From IMG/VR virus record IMGVR_UViG_3300028907_000003, positions 21,000-84,999 of that record: a DNA stretch of 64,000 nucleotides; one strand, 5' to 3'. The DNA is from a virus (Duplodnaviria > Caudoviricetes). Positions 46,929 to 56,291 of this stretch are shown here, in pieces. The notes below the pieces were generated by a model, which worked only from the letters and a program-made list of their open reading frames with translations, was not told the DNA's origin and ran no database searches. Each line of letters opens with the position of its first letter. Position 1 is the stretch's first letter. A program made the position numbers and the translations under genes.

Positions 46929-47348
46929 ATGAAATCTGTAATCGACTTGGCGCAGAGAATCGAGCGGTTATACGTTGATAAAGCATTCGGGATATTAACC
47001 CGCAATGCTTTAGAGATTGAAGTTGAAGAGCAGTTAATTCCACCATTTGATGTAGCAATAGTCGATTTCAAGGATGTTAAATTACTCAATTCCGCAATTG
47101 GATATGATCGAGTAAATGCATTATTTAAATCGATGTTTGAGACATTCTCATACCCGGAACCAGTGCTAATAGGTCGGTGGTTTAGCGGTGATGAAATTGC
47201 ACTTGTATGCAAAACCGATCTTGATCGTGTTATAACCGAATTTATAAAACATGCTAAAAAATATGCTCTTTCGTTTCGGGGGATCATGTTTTATAATCAG
47301 AGCAGTTTAAATGAACTTAAACTAGATGGAATAGGTGATATCAGATGA
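46929..47348 (+). CDS. Stand-alone GGDEF-like nucleotidyl cyclase domain
   Basis: DKAFGILTRNA, VAIVDFKDVKLLNSAIGYDRVNALF and GRWFSGDEIAL align with GGDEF core motifs. Confidence 0.7.
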   Translation: MKSVIDLAQRIERLYVDKAFGILTRNALEIEVEEQLIPPFDVAIVDFKDVKLLNSAIGYDRVNALFKSMFETFSYPEPVLIGRWFSGDEIALVCKTDLDRVITEFIKHAKKYALSFRGIMFYNQSSLNELKLDGIGDIR

Positions 47349-47662
47349 AGGTAACTATTGAAGTAGATGGTGGAGCAGGACCATTACAAGAGATTGAAGC
47401 CGAGAACGTACAGTGGTCTTATGGTAGCGATGGATCAGTAATTGGAACCCTAACACTGAAAACGGCTGAATTGTCTCAAGGGAAAGATATACTTTGGGAT
47501 ATATTGTCCATTGTGCCATTTACTATGTATACTCAGATCGGCAATAGTGTTGAAATGGTAGAAGATGTTAAGGTCATTTCGAAAGGAATCGATGCAAAAG
47601 AAAACGTGCTGATGTATTACTTTACAAGGGAGAGTGAACCAGATGAGCAAGACGGAGAATAA
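47345..47662 (+). CDS. Hypothetical beta-rich protein
   Basis: ATGA-coupled to the GGDEF-like gene. Confidence 0.6.
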   Translation: MKVTIEVDGGAGPLQEIEAENVQWSYGSDGSVIGTLTLKTAELSQGKDILWDILSIVPFTMYTQIGNSVEMVEDVKVISKGIDAKENVLMYYFTRESEPDEQDGE

Positions 47663-47807
47663 GGCTGAAGTTGATTTATCGATCATGCAGTATGGAAAGT
47701 ACAAGGGTAAGAGTATAAAAGAAGTTCCCGATGATTATTTAGAATGGATAATCCAAAAGAAAACTGATGAGGTTGAGTTTTTGCAGCGGGAGCTTGATAG
47801 CAGATGA
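47643..47807 (+). CDS. DUF3820-like small protein (54 aa)
   Basis: MQYGKYKGKSIKEVPDDYLEW. Confidence 0.7.
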   Translation: MSKTENKAEVDLSIMQYGKYKGKSIKEVPDDYLEWIIQKKTDEVEFLQRELDSR

Positions 47808-48211
47808 AAGTCTTTGCTAGTCCGTTATGGCCGATGTCATGGTTCTACGGCATGTCAAAGATAGATCTATCTGCAACAATTCATGATGATGAAGAAATTC
47901 TGTATGATGGAGATATTGATTTAGCTCTTGATCCCGCTAGTTTGTGTGATTTGATTGGAGCATTCACATATATTGCTACATCATCCGAATCGTATGCCAC
48001 AAAAGTAGTTTCAACGCTTGCAAAAATGTTGGGTATAGAAGATCAGATGTACCCAAAACGATTGTCCTATGAAGAAACTCTTCAATTACGAGAAAAACTC
48101 ACTGAAGGATCATTAGATCGAGCACAAAACTTGGCTGTTACTTTGTGGTTGATTGATAAAATGGGTATGAATCAAGATGAGCATGCTCTACTAATACAGC
48201 ACACTACTTGA
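47804..48211 (+). CDS. Hypothetical protein
   Basis: ATGA coupling. Confidence 0.6.
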   Translation: MKVFASPLWPMSWFYGMSKIDLSATIHDDEEILYDGDIDLALDPASLCDLIGAFTYIATSSESYATKVVSTLAKMLGIEDQMYPKRLSYEETLQLREKLTEGSLDRAQNLAVTLWLIDKMGMNQDEHALLIQHTT

Positions 48212-48497
48212 TAAACCGATTCTTTACTTTCTTTTTATTATACGAACGCATGCGCTCTTTTTCATACGGCATCGCAGGATCTCCAAACATTGTATATCCC
48301 TGTAGTTGTAAAGATTGCCAGCTAGTACCTTCCCAATCACAATTCGAACATTTATATTCACATGTTAATATATTAGATGTATGCCTAGTGCATTCCATTG
48401 TAGTTCCGCAGTTGGGACATGCTGTAGCTATTTTTCTGCGGCGGTTAGAAAACGGTACAATTTCTTCGGGTTTTATAAAATCGTCATTTCTCTGCAT
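48204..48497 (-). CDS. Zn-ribbon protein with basic tail
   Basis: CPNCG...CSNC; start reassigned to MQRND. Confidence 0.6.
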   Translation of the reverse strand: MQRNDDFIKPEEIVPFSNRRRKIATACPNCGTTMECTRHTSNILTCEYKCSNCDWEGTSWQSLQLQGYTMFGDPAMPYEKERMRSYNKKKVKNRFIK

Positions 48498-48552
48498 GAT
48501 CGCAACTCTTATATAGTTTGACTCTACTATTATGGTAGTTGGTTGATTTATT

Positions 48553-49173
48553 ATGGAGATTAAGACTAGCACGATACCGAAAGCCTGGATTAAAATTATA
48601 GAAACAGTTTTATCAAAAGGTGAACATATAGAAAATAAAATAGAAATGCAAGAAACAATTTCCACGATTATAACGGATCCTGGTAGAGATATGCTTCATA
48701 AGAGATTTACTTTTAATAAAAGTCAAATGGAACTTTATAGTGCTCAAGTTTTATCCGGGGAAAATCCAACTGGACACCCATACACATACGGTGGGCGTTT
48801 TCGCATCTATGGAAGTTCCGCAGTAGATCAATTATCTAGCATGATTCAAAGATTGAATCAGGATCCCGATAGCAGACGGGCAACGGCAGTTCTTTGGGTT
48901 CCAGAAATAGATACAGTTTCATCAGAAGTACCGTGTTGGACAGCAGCAAATGCCACTATTCGAAAAGGATATCTAAATTTCAGAGCGCTTTTTAGAAGCC
49001 ATGATATGTTCGGTGGATTTCCTGCTAATTGTTTCATGTTGTTTAAAATGCAAGAATATATAGCTAATGCCACCCAATCAAAACCTGGATTATTACAAGT
49101 GGTTTCATGGAATCCTCATATTTATCTAGCTGATTATCCAACAGCATCTGAAGTTATTGGAGGAATTGCATAA
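48553..49173 (+). CDS. thyA: Thymidylate synthase family, short archaeal type
   Basis: YTYGGR, SRRA, catalytic VPC, FRSHD...PAN (Asn indicates dUMP specificity), HIY. Confidence 0.85.
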   Translation: MEIKTSTIPKAWIKIIETVLSKGEHIENKIEMQETISTIITDPGRDMLHKRFTFNKSQMELYSAQVLSGENPTGHPYTYGGRFRIYGSSAVDQLSSMIQRLNQDPDSRRATAVLWVPEIDTVSSEVPCWTAANATIRKGYLNFRALFRSHDMFGGFPANCFMLFKMQEYIANATQSKPGLLQVVSWNPHIYLADYPTASEVIGGIA

Positions 49174-49422
49174 ATGCTAAAATGGAAGCCAGTTACGTAC
49201 ACTGAGCCGGTGTACCAAGAGCGGATCTTATTCGCTTGCAACGATGGTAAAACATATGCTGGATATCGAGCATCAGTTGGTGATTTCTTCTCCGATGATA
49301 GAATCTTAACTGCTGATTTCGGTCCTGGAATGAGCCTGTTGCCTAAAGCTAAGTACTGGTTGCCGTTTCCCGAATGCCCGTTGGTAAAATCAAAACCAAC
49401 TACATTAGATAAATTTGTATAG
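49174..49422 (+). CDS. DUF551-like protein with PIP-like tail
   Basis: WKPV...P...YWLPFPECP; ends TTLDKFV. Confidence 0.55.
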   Translation: MLKWKPVTYTEPVYQERILFACNDGKTYAGYRASVGDFFSDDRILTADFGPGMSLLPKAKYWLPFPECPLVKSKPTTLDKFV

Positions 49423-49430
49423 GTGATCTG

Positions 49431-49673
49431 ATGCCAAGCAAAGAAGAGATATTTGAACTAGACCGCCAACGCGAAGAAGCTGATCGAAATAAGGTTGTTG
49501 TTGTTCCACGCATGGTGTTATCAGACGCATTATATATTGCGATATCATCCGTTGAACCAGAATTTGGAGAAAGATATACTAAAGAAGAGCGTCAGCGGGC
49601 AGTAGATGAACTTAAGCGATTATATCAATTCATGTTTGGTGGAACTGAGCAGAGTATATTACTGTCTAGGTGA
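49431..49673 (+). CDS. Hypothetical protein
   Basis: AGGTGA RBS. Confidence 0.55.
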   Translation: MPSKEEIFELDRQREEADRNKVVVVPRMVLSDALYIAISSVEPEFGERYTKEERQRAVDELKRLYQFMFGGTEQSILLSR

Positions 49674-49707
49674 TTATGCAAATTGAATTTAATAAGAGGC
49701 CAAAAAC

Positions 49708-50700
49708 ATGTTAAAACTAAAAGATGTAGTGTATGAAATTACGCCAAGATGCAATAAGGGATGTATTGAATGTGGTTCAGCTGCAATTACTGGACTACCC
49801 CATCCAGATGTAGCACACATTGGAAAAATAGTGGATTCTATCTTAGCATATCCACCGGAAACTATCACTATAACAGGTGGAGAGCCAGGATCTTTGCCCA
49901 GTGGTGTATTAAATGCTGTAGTTCATGATCTAGCGCAAAAATGCAAAGTAAACATCGTTACAAATGGTGCTCTATTTGATCAAGAGGTAAGCCCGGATTT
50001 TAACGTAATCGGAGTTTCTATCAATAGAGTGGAAGATTCTGAAGAATTTAATCATGGGCAAGCTTTTGGTCGATCTCAGTTTTTTTCTGATAAACTTGTA
50101 ATGATTACAAATTTCGGGACACATAACGTATGGTGCTTTGATCAGCTGGCTGAGATTGCAGCTAAATTCCCAATGTGGCAGATTCAGCTTACCATGGGCG
50201 AATATATGTTACCAGCGACAGGTATTGAATATCTAATGAGTAAGATAAACGATCTTAAAATCAATTACGTACTTGCTGATAATTTGCAGCCTGAAGGCAG
50301 ATGCCTAGCTGGTATCAATATGTGTGGTATTACATATAATGGAAATGTTATTCCATGCTTATCAGAGAGGGCATGCTGTGATGGAACTGTTACCGTATAT
50401 GGTAATTTGTTCTCGGAATCACTAAAATCGATATGGGAAACTAAGTTTACTGATATTCGATTTGTTGATGAGGGTTGGTGCAGAAAGTGTAAAAGTTTCA
50501 TTGATTACCCACCGAAGAAAAAACTATCCGCTAGAGAAAAACTCGGCATGATATTACCCGAAGGACCAATTCGTGATTGGAGTCCAATGGAAATACAGTT
50601 GTACGGTGTAGCTGATACACAGATATATGCTTATGCTGTTTTTGATTCGAGGGATTATTCACATTCTACATATGGTACACAAACAATAATTACAAACTGA
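49708..50700 (+). CDS. Radical SAM/SPASM enzyme with YG-containing tail
   Basis: YEITPRCNKGCIECGS, TGGEP, VTNG, CLAG...GI...G.V.PCLS, GNL, CRKC. Confidence 0.88.
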   Translation: MLKLKDVVYEITPRCNKGCIECGSAAITGLPHPDVAHIGKIVDSILAYPPETITITGGEPGSLPSGVLNAVVHDLAQKCKVNIVTNGALFDQEVSPDFNVIGVSINRVEDSEEFNHGQAFGRSQFFSDKLVMITNFGTHNVWCFDQLAEIAAKFPMWQIQLTMGEYMLPATGIEYLMSKINDLKINYVLADNLQPEGRCLAGINMCGITYNGNVIPCLSERACCDGTVTVYGNLFSESLKSIWETKFTDIRFVDEGWCRKCKSFIDYPPKKKLSAREKLGMILPEGPIRDWSPMEIQLYGVADTQIYAYAVFDSRDYSHSTYGTQTIITN

Positions 50701-50703
50701 GGA

Positions 50704-53700
50704 GTGCTACGAATGCAAAAGAAAGTTTTAACAAGTGACGGTTACGTGTCTACGTTTGACAAGCAGAAGATCATCGATGAGATCCGCAAGAACTGTAAAT
50801 CGATGGGTGTTGAAGTCACCGAGAAACAGTTAACCAAGATTGCTACTAACACAGAAGAAAGTATTAAAGAAATGAAACCCAAACATCTTACCGGGAGTCT
50901 TATTCGTAGTGTATCTCTGATTGAGATGCTGGATCTAGGATTAGAAGATGTTTATAAGGCGTGTGCTAAAGTTGGTATGCCGATTGCTGATATGATGGCG
51001 ATATGGCAAGTAGATGGCGATAGTGTTCATGATAACGCCAATTTAGATGGCACTAATCAGGAGACTCAACACAAAAGAATCGCTGATCATATTTGTAAAG
51101 AAGCCGTACTACAAATGCTTCCTAGCGATATATCGAAACTCCATGTTGAAGGGAATCTACACTGTTTGTCTGGTGACATGCCAATTGTGTATAAAATACA
51201 AGATAAGATATACATATCTACCATCAAGGAATTAGTGGAAACTAGATATGAATCAGCTGTTAGTGTTCCGTCTATTGATACGCGCACGAAAAAGATATCG
51301 TGGAAACCTGTTACTCGATTTATAAAAAATCCATCTACCGATTTATACAAAGTCACGTTTGGTAAAGGTCGATATATCATTTGTACATCGGATCATCCAT
51401 TTTACAAAACATCGGGGCAACATATCCAACATTACACTCAACCACTTAGTGATTTACGAGTTGGTCATAGAATCGCCACATTAAATCATATACCAATTGA
51501 TGATGTACAAGATGAAACCTATCGTGGTAATTTAATTGGGTTTTTCTTGGGAGATGGTACATTACAGCATGGTTGTATATGTTTTCATTTGAAAAAAACC
51601 GAAAAAATCACATATCTTATAAATGTATTAAACCATTTAGATAAATCATATGATATGACAAATAACATAGATGGGACAACTACAATTTCATTTAAAGATG
51701 ACGAATTATGTGAAATTTGGAATAATTCAAAAAATATATCAAACTTCAACGAAGTTGATGCTACTGGCATTCTGTCAGGTTTAATTAATTCAGATGCATC
51801 CATCGTATTACATGGGATTAACAAGTTACCATATCTCGAATTCGGTAATACTAACGAAGATATCATTAATTTATATCATTGTTTAATGCTGATGCATGGT
51901 ATAAACGTAAGCTATCAACGATATGACAAAAAATCCGATACGCATAAAGATTTTTATCATTGTGTGTGTTCTGGTGAAGATGTTACCAACTTATTATGTA
52001 AACTAAGGTTACGTAAGCCGTTTGCGGATCGAGTTGCTCAACAATTCACGCATGGGACTAGAAAAACGCATACTTGGTCACAAATACCAATTAAATCTAT
52101 TGAATATTATGGTAATGAGGACACATATGATATTACAGTAGATGAAAATCATAATTTCTTGGCCGGTCATGGATTTATTCTATCAGGCAATTGTCATGAT
52201 ATGGAATACTTTACAAATCGCCAGTTTTGCTACAACAGTGACCTCCGTTTCATTTTATATTATGGACTACTCCCAGATGGATGTGGCAAAACATTACCAG
52301 TTGCAAGAGCAGCACAAACCGCAGAAGTTGCACTTCTACACGCTGCTAAATCACTTGGTTCAAGTCAATGTAATTGCGCTGGAGGTCAGGGGTACAATTC
52401 GTTTAATGTACTAATTTCTCCATATTTAGCTGGTAAGACCTACGCTGAAATAAAACAATTGGCGCAGATGTTTATATACGAAATGGGTCAAATGACATGC
52501 GCTCGTGGAGGACAAAGCCTGAGTTATGATACCCCAATCGTGATAAAGCGGGGTGATGACATCGATATTATATCAATCGGGGATTTCGTTGGTAAATATT
52601 TAAATCAGCCTGGATCATCCACTGTTGATGATATAATATTAACACCATCATTGAACCGGATAACTAATCAAGTAGAATGGAAACCCATAACGCATGTATA
52701 TAAGCATGTGCCAAAATCGAAATTAGTGGCAACATCTCTTCATGATGGTCGATCTGTTACGACAACGGAAGATCATTCATTATTTGATATTAATCAATTC
52801 GGTGATATATATGAAATTTCACCAAGTGATAATCCACACACAATCATCACGGTTAAACAGATTCCAATAACAGGATCAACTATCATTAATCACGATTTGG
52901 CTTTTTTAATTGGTTGTTGTATCGGTGATGGATCTCTTGCTGCTAATAATGGTATACCCGATACTTCTATGCGACTATGTATACACAATCGCGCTGTTAT
53001 GAATCGAATATCTGATATAGTATATAATCTGAATGGATCTGCTGGCGAGTGGCATGAAGATACTCAAAAAAAATGTTCAAGTATGTCGTTTTCTACGATT
53101 GGAATTCCATTAATTACTGAAATTGGTAAAGGAGCATCAAATAAAAGAATACCAGCTGCATTATTGTCATGTGATAATGATACACTTCTATCATTATTAG
53201 ATGGTTTGTTGTCAACTGATGGTAATATAAATCGTAGACGATACCAATATAGCACAACATCAAAAATTCTAATTAATCAAATTGAATACATATTACGTAG
53301 GATTGATTTAGATTACCATATAGATAAACGATTTACAAAAAGTAACTTTGTTAGAAATCACCCAGTATATCGCGTTACGTTAAGTACGATTAGTTCGCTT
53401 GGTATAAAAATTACAAATGATGAACGAACTATCGTAAATACTAATATAATTTCCCAACAACGACATGACTTTAGTATCATGAAATCCGAAATAACTTCTC
53501 GCGTACCCGGATTAAGTAAGTATAGCTACACTTGGCGAGCATCTTCACGAAGGCTAAAGTATCATCAATTAGAACAAGTATCACATTTAATACCGGATAC
53601 ATGGAACAAAATATGCAATATATTACCAATGGAAGTAAAGTCTATAAAAATAACTGAACCAGAAGAATTTGTATTCGACATAGGTGTACAAGACAATGAA

Positions 53701-55365
53701 AATTTTGTGCTCGCTAATGGTATTGTAGCGCATAATTCCGTTTTCAGTTCCATTCAATTGTACCCAGGCGTACCTCAAGTATGGTGGAACCGACCTGTTG
53801 TCTACAAGGGTCAAGTGTGGGATGGTAAACCAAGAACACCTAAGGGTAAAAAACAAACTACCTGTAAATGGAGTTTTGGAGGGAAAACTGGTGATGGTAG
53901 ATTATTCTTTAATCGCAGTGAAACAACTAAAGAAACCATACTAGAACCTGAAACAATTTCACGAAAAACATATGGACAATATGATCGGGAAGCTCGGCTT
54001 TTGTTTAAAGCATTCATGGAAATTTATACCGAAGGTGATATTCGTGGTAGGCCGTTCACATTCCCAAAGGCAGAAATCGTATTCTCTAAGGAGTTCATGG
54101 ATTCTCCTGATTTTGATAAACCTATTATCCGAAGGCTTACTGAATGGTCTGCTCCGAGTTACAAAGAACAATATCAATCTGCGATTAAATTAGCATTAAC
54201 TAATGGAACACCATATTTTGAATCGCAGTATCACGAAGAAAATCCATTAACTTCTATCAATTGTACCCAATGTTGCGCGTACAGCTTTGCATTAAGTGAA
54301 GAAGAAACTGTAGGATTCAACAACATGATGGATTTCGTAGATGGAGCGCATTTCGATTCACTTGGATCTATGCAAGTTGTGTCACTGAATTTACCAAGAG
54401 CCGCTTATGTAGCACTTGAAAGTGAAGAAGAAGATAAATTCATGACTGCTCTAAAGTACCTCAGAGAGCAAATCGATAATGCGGTGAGAGTATTTAAGAT
54501 TAAACGTGAATATTTATCTAAACAAGCATCACCATTTATAAGGCAACAGGTAGTGGATCCAAATGACCCAACTAAAAAATCCCCGGTATTCTGTGACTTG
54601 AGTAAACTGACATATGTAATCGGGATGGTTGGTCTAAATGAGTTTGTTCAAGCTCTAACTGGAATGCAGCTGCATGAATCTGAAGATGCTGTTGTCATGG
54701 GTGAGCGACTCATTGGATCACTTAACCTGTACTGTGGTAAGGTCGGGCATGAAAACGGAATGAGCATTGCATTGGCTCGAACTCCAGCTGAGACTACAGC
54801 CCAACGATTCGCCGTACAGGATTTAATCAAGTATCCAAAATATGCTAAAAAATATGTAAAAGGCAACCTAAAAGAAGCTATTAAAATGCTTCCTACTAGG
54901 AGAGATGTACCGATCCAGTACAGCAACGGTACACACTTGGCGGTAGATGCTCCGGTGACGCTAGATAAAAAGATCGAGATTGAAGGTCGATTCTTTGGTG
55001 TTCTCAAAGGCGGTAATATCTTCCATGTGTTCCTCGATGATGTAGTTCCGATGCTTAGAGCAAGCGAACTAGGAACCGGTGAGATACATCCGTCATACGT
55101 TGATGATGCTATGGAATTCGTGTTTAAGATCTTCCGTGAAACGCCGATCAACTATCTGGCGATAACCAAGGACTCGACGATATGTGATGATTGTAATTCG
55201 ATCACGCCCGGAGTAAATGAAAAATGTCCCAAATGCGGCTCAACAAATGTTGACTTTTTCAGTCGCATAACTGGATATTTGGAACCGATCAGTCAATGGA
55301 ATGCTGCAAAAAAACAAGAATTCTTTGATCGACATAGATATGGTGAAAAAGATGTCAGAGGATGA
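50704..55365 (+). CDS. nrdD: Anaerobic (class III) ribonucleotide reductase with ATP cone and two inteins
   Basis: ATP cone; H/CHDMEY; QCCAY; LNLPR; YSNGTH; Zn site CDDC..CPKC; glycyl loop SRITGYL. Confidence 0.96.
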   Translation: MLRMQKKVLTSDGYVSTFDKQKIIDEIRKNCKSMGVEVTEKQLTKIATNTEESIKEMKPKHLTGSLIRSVSLIEMLDLGLEDVYKACAKVGMPIADMMAIWQVDGDSVHDNANLDGTNQETQHKRIADHICKEAVLQMLPSDISKLHVEGNLHCLSGDMPIVYKIQDKIYISTIKELVETRYESAVSVPSIDTRTKKISWKPVTRFIKNPSTDLYKVTFGKGRYIICTSDHPFYKTSGQHIQHYTQPLSDLRVGHRIATLNHIPIDDVQDETYRGNLIGFFLGDGTLQHGCICFHLKKTEKITYLINVLNHLDKSYDMTNNIDGTTTISFKDDELCEIWNNSKNISNFNEVDATGILSGLINSDASIVLHGINKLPYLEFGNTNEDIINLYHCLMLMHGINVSYQRYDKKSDTHKDFYHCVCSGEDVTNLLCKLRLRKPFADRVAQQFTHGTRKTHTWSQIPIKSIEYYGNEDTYDITVDENHNFLAGHGFILSGNCHDMEYFTNRQFCYNSDLRFILYYGLLPDGCGKTLPVARAAQTAEVALLHAAKSLGSSQCNCAGGQGYNSFNVLISPYLAGKTYAEIKQLAQMFIYEMGQMTCARGGQSLSYDTPIVIKRGDDIDIISIGDFVGKYLNQPGSSTVDDIILTPSLNRITNQVEWKPITHVYKHVPKSKLVATSLHDGRSVTTTEDHSLFDINQFGDIYEISPSDNPHTIITVKQIPITGSTIINHDLAFLIGCCIGDGSLAANNGIPDTSMRLCIHNRAVMNRISDIVYNLNGSAGEWHEDTQKKCSSMSFSTIGIPLITEIGKGASNKRIPAALLSCDNDTLLSLLDGLLSTDGNINRRRYQYSTTSKILINQIEYILRRIDLDYHIDKRFTKSNFVRNHPVYRVTLSTISSLGIKITNDERTIVNTNIISQQRHDFSIMKSEITSRVPGLSKYSYTWRASSRRLKYHQLEQVSHLIPDTWNKICNILPMEVKSIKITEPEEFVFDIGVQDNENFVLANGIVAHNSVFSSIQLYPGVPQVWWNRPVVYKGQVWDGKPRTPKGKKQTTCKWSFGGKTGDGRLFFNRSETTKETILEPETISRKTYGQYDREARLLFKAFMEIYTEGDIRGRPFTFPKAEIVFSKEFMDSPDFDKPIIRRLTEWSAPSYKEQYQSAIKLALTNGTPYFESQYHEENPLTSINCTQCCAYSFALSEEETVGFNNMMDFVDGAHFDSLGSMQVVSLNLPRAAYVALESEEEDKFMTALKYLREQIDNAVRVFKIKREYLSKQASPFIRQQVVDPNDPTKKSPVFCDLSKLTYVIGMVGLNEFVQALTGMQLHESEDAVVMGERLIGSLNLYCGKVGHENGMSIALARTPAETTAQRFAVQDLIKYPKYAKKYVKGNLKEAIKMLPTRRDVPIQYSNGTHLAVDAPVTLDKKIEIEGRFFGVLKGGNIFHVFLDDVVPMLRASELGTGEIHPSYVDDAMEFVFKIFRETPINYLAITKDSTICDDCNSITPGVNEKCPKCGSTNVDFFSRITGYLEPISQWNAAKKQEFFDRHRYGEKDVRG
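51163..52191 (+). mobile_element. NrdD intein 1 (343 aa), penultimate Gly
   Basis: Starts CLSGD, ends ILSGN, Cys at +1; IGFFLGDG and SGLINSDA. Confidence 0.9.
52516..53736 (+). mobile_element. NrdD intein 2 (407 aa), Ser1
   Basis: RGGQ/SLSYDT...VAHN/SVFSS; IGCCIGDG and DGLLSTDG. Confidence 0.92.
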
Positions 55366-55477
55366 ACCGGTTCCCTTTTGGGAACCACTTAAAGCAACCA
55401 GAGAATGGATATTGGCTAAAACCAAAGGGTATAAAGATGGAAATGTGAAATCCGATTGGAGTGTTAAAAATGAGTGA
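55352..55477 (+). CDS. 41-aa peptide bridging nrdD and the next gene
   Basis: MSEDEPVPFWEPLK...; GGTGA RBS; overlaps both neighbours. Confidence 0.5.
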   Translation: MSEDEPVPFWEPLKATREWILAKTKGYKDGNVKSDWSVKNE

Positions 55478-56006
55478 TATTGTAAGAACTGTGTTAAAAC
55501 AGCGTGATGTACCAGCTGATACTTTCACTGATGTAGTGCCGATTGATATAGAACAAGGTATATATAGAAAATATGATATATATCAACTCGCGGCGGTATA
55601 TGAAGGAAATAGTAAAACTTCTGCAAAAGTTGCGGAAAACAAGATCTTTGGTGCTGAAGATTTTTACTTCATTAATGGAGATACAAACTTTGGTATAACC
55701 GGATTGAAGCAAACTGATAACATTAGATATGATCTACTTAATGCGATCAAAGAGTTTAAACCCGCTTATATCGTAACATCATCCAAGTATTTAAATATTC
55801 CTGGAATTACGATACTTAAATCGCCGTATGTAAATCGATATGAGCATTTCCTGCTACCAGAACGTGTTGGTGAATTTGTAGTTGCTGACCCACTGAAGGA
55901 TGAACTACTCAGCGATGGTAAACACTATATGCATGAGTGGGTAGCCATAGAATTGCACGACTTACATAAAGTAGCGTGGGTAAAGCCGCGAGCGAAACAT
56001 ATATAA
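55470..56006 (+). CDS. Truncated encapsulin/HK97-fold-like protein
   Basis: AEDFYFINGDTNFGITGL and C-terminal FVVAD...YMHEWVAIEL..KVAWV resemble the family 1 encapsulin P-domain. Confidence 0.6.
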   Translation: MSDIVRTVLKQRDVPADTFTDVVPIDIEQGIYRKYDIYQLAAVYEGNSKTSAKVAENKIFGAEDFYFINGDTNFGITGLKQTDNIRYDLLNAIKEFKPAYIVTSSKYLNIPGITILKSPYVNRYEHFLLPERVGEFVVADPLKDELLSDGKHYMHEWVAIELHDLHKVAWVKPRAKHI

Positions 56007-56033
56007 AGTAGTACCGCCATATGAAAGGAATAC

Positions 56034-56291
56034 ATGAAGCATATATTCGCTGGATTGGTGATTATTGCACTTGTGGGAATAGCATTTGCTACTCCCCTTG
56101 ATGCAGTAAAAAGTGTAGGCGATGTTAATCGCGGTATAGTAGATGTAGTTAATCTGAATTCCAGTGTGTTCAAGGATCCATCCTTTGGAGATGATATTGG
56201 TAACAGTTCCGCATATAATGGAAGTACTACCGATGCTGCTCACGCTTGGGAAACCAGTATAAAGGAATGGATGAACTCTACGGAGTTCTAA
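56034..56291 (+). CDS. Small secreted protein
   Basis: Signal peptide MKHIFAGLVIIALVGIAFA. Confidence 0.7.
   Translation: MKHIFAGLVIIALVGIAFATPLDAVKSVGDVNRGIVDVVNLNSSVFKDPSFGDDIGNSSAYNGSTTDAAHAWETSIKEWMNSTEF

Noticed and set aside
55369-55386. GGTTCCC-TTTT-GGGAACC as the nrdD terminator
   Set aside because: Lies inside the 41-aa bridging ORF and lacks a following T-tract
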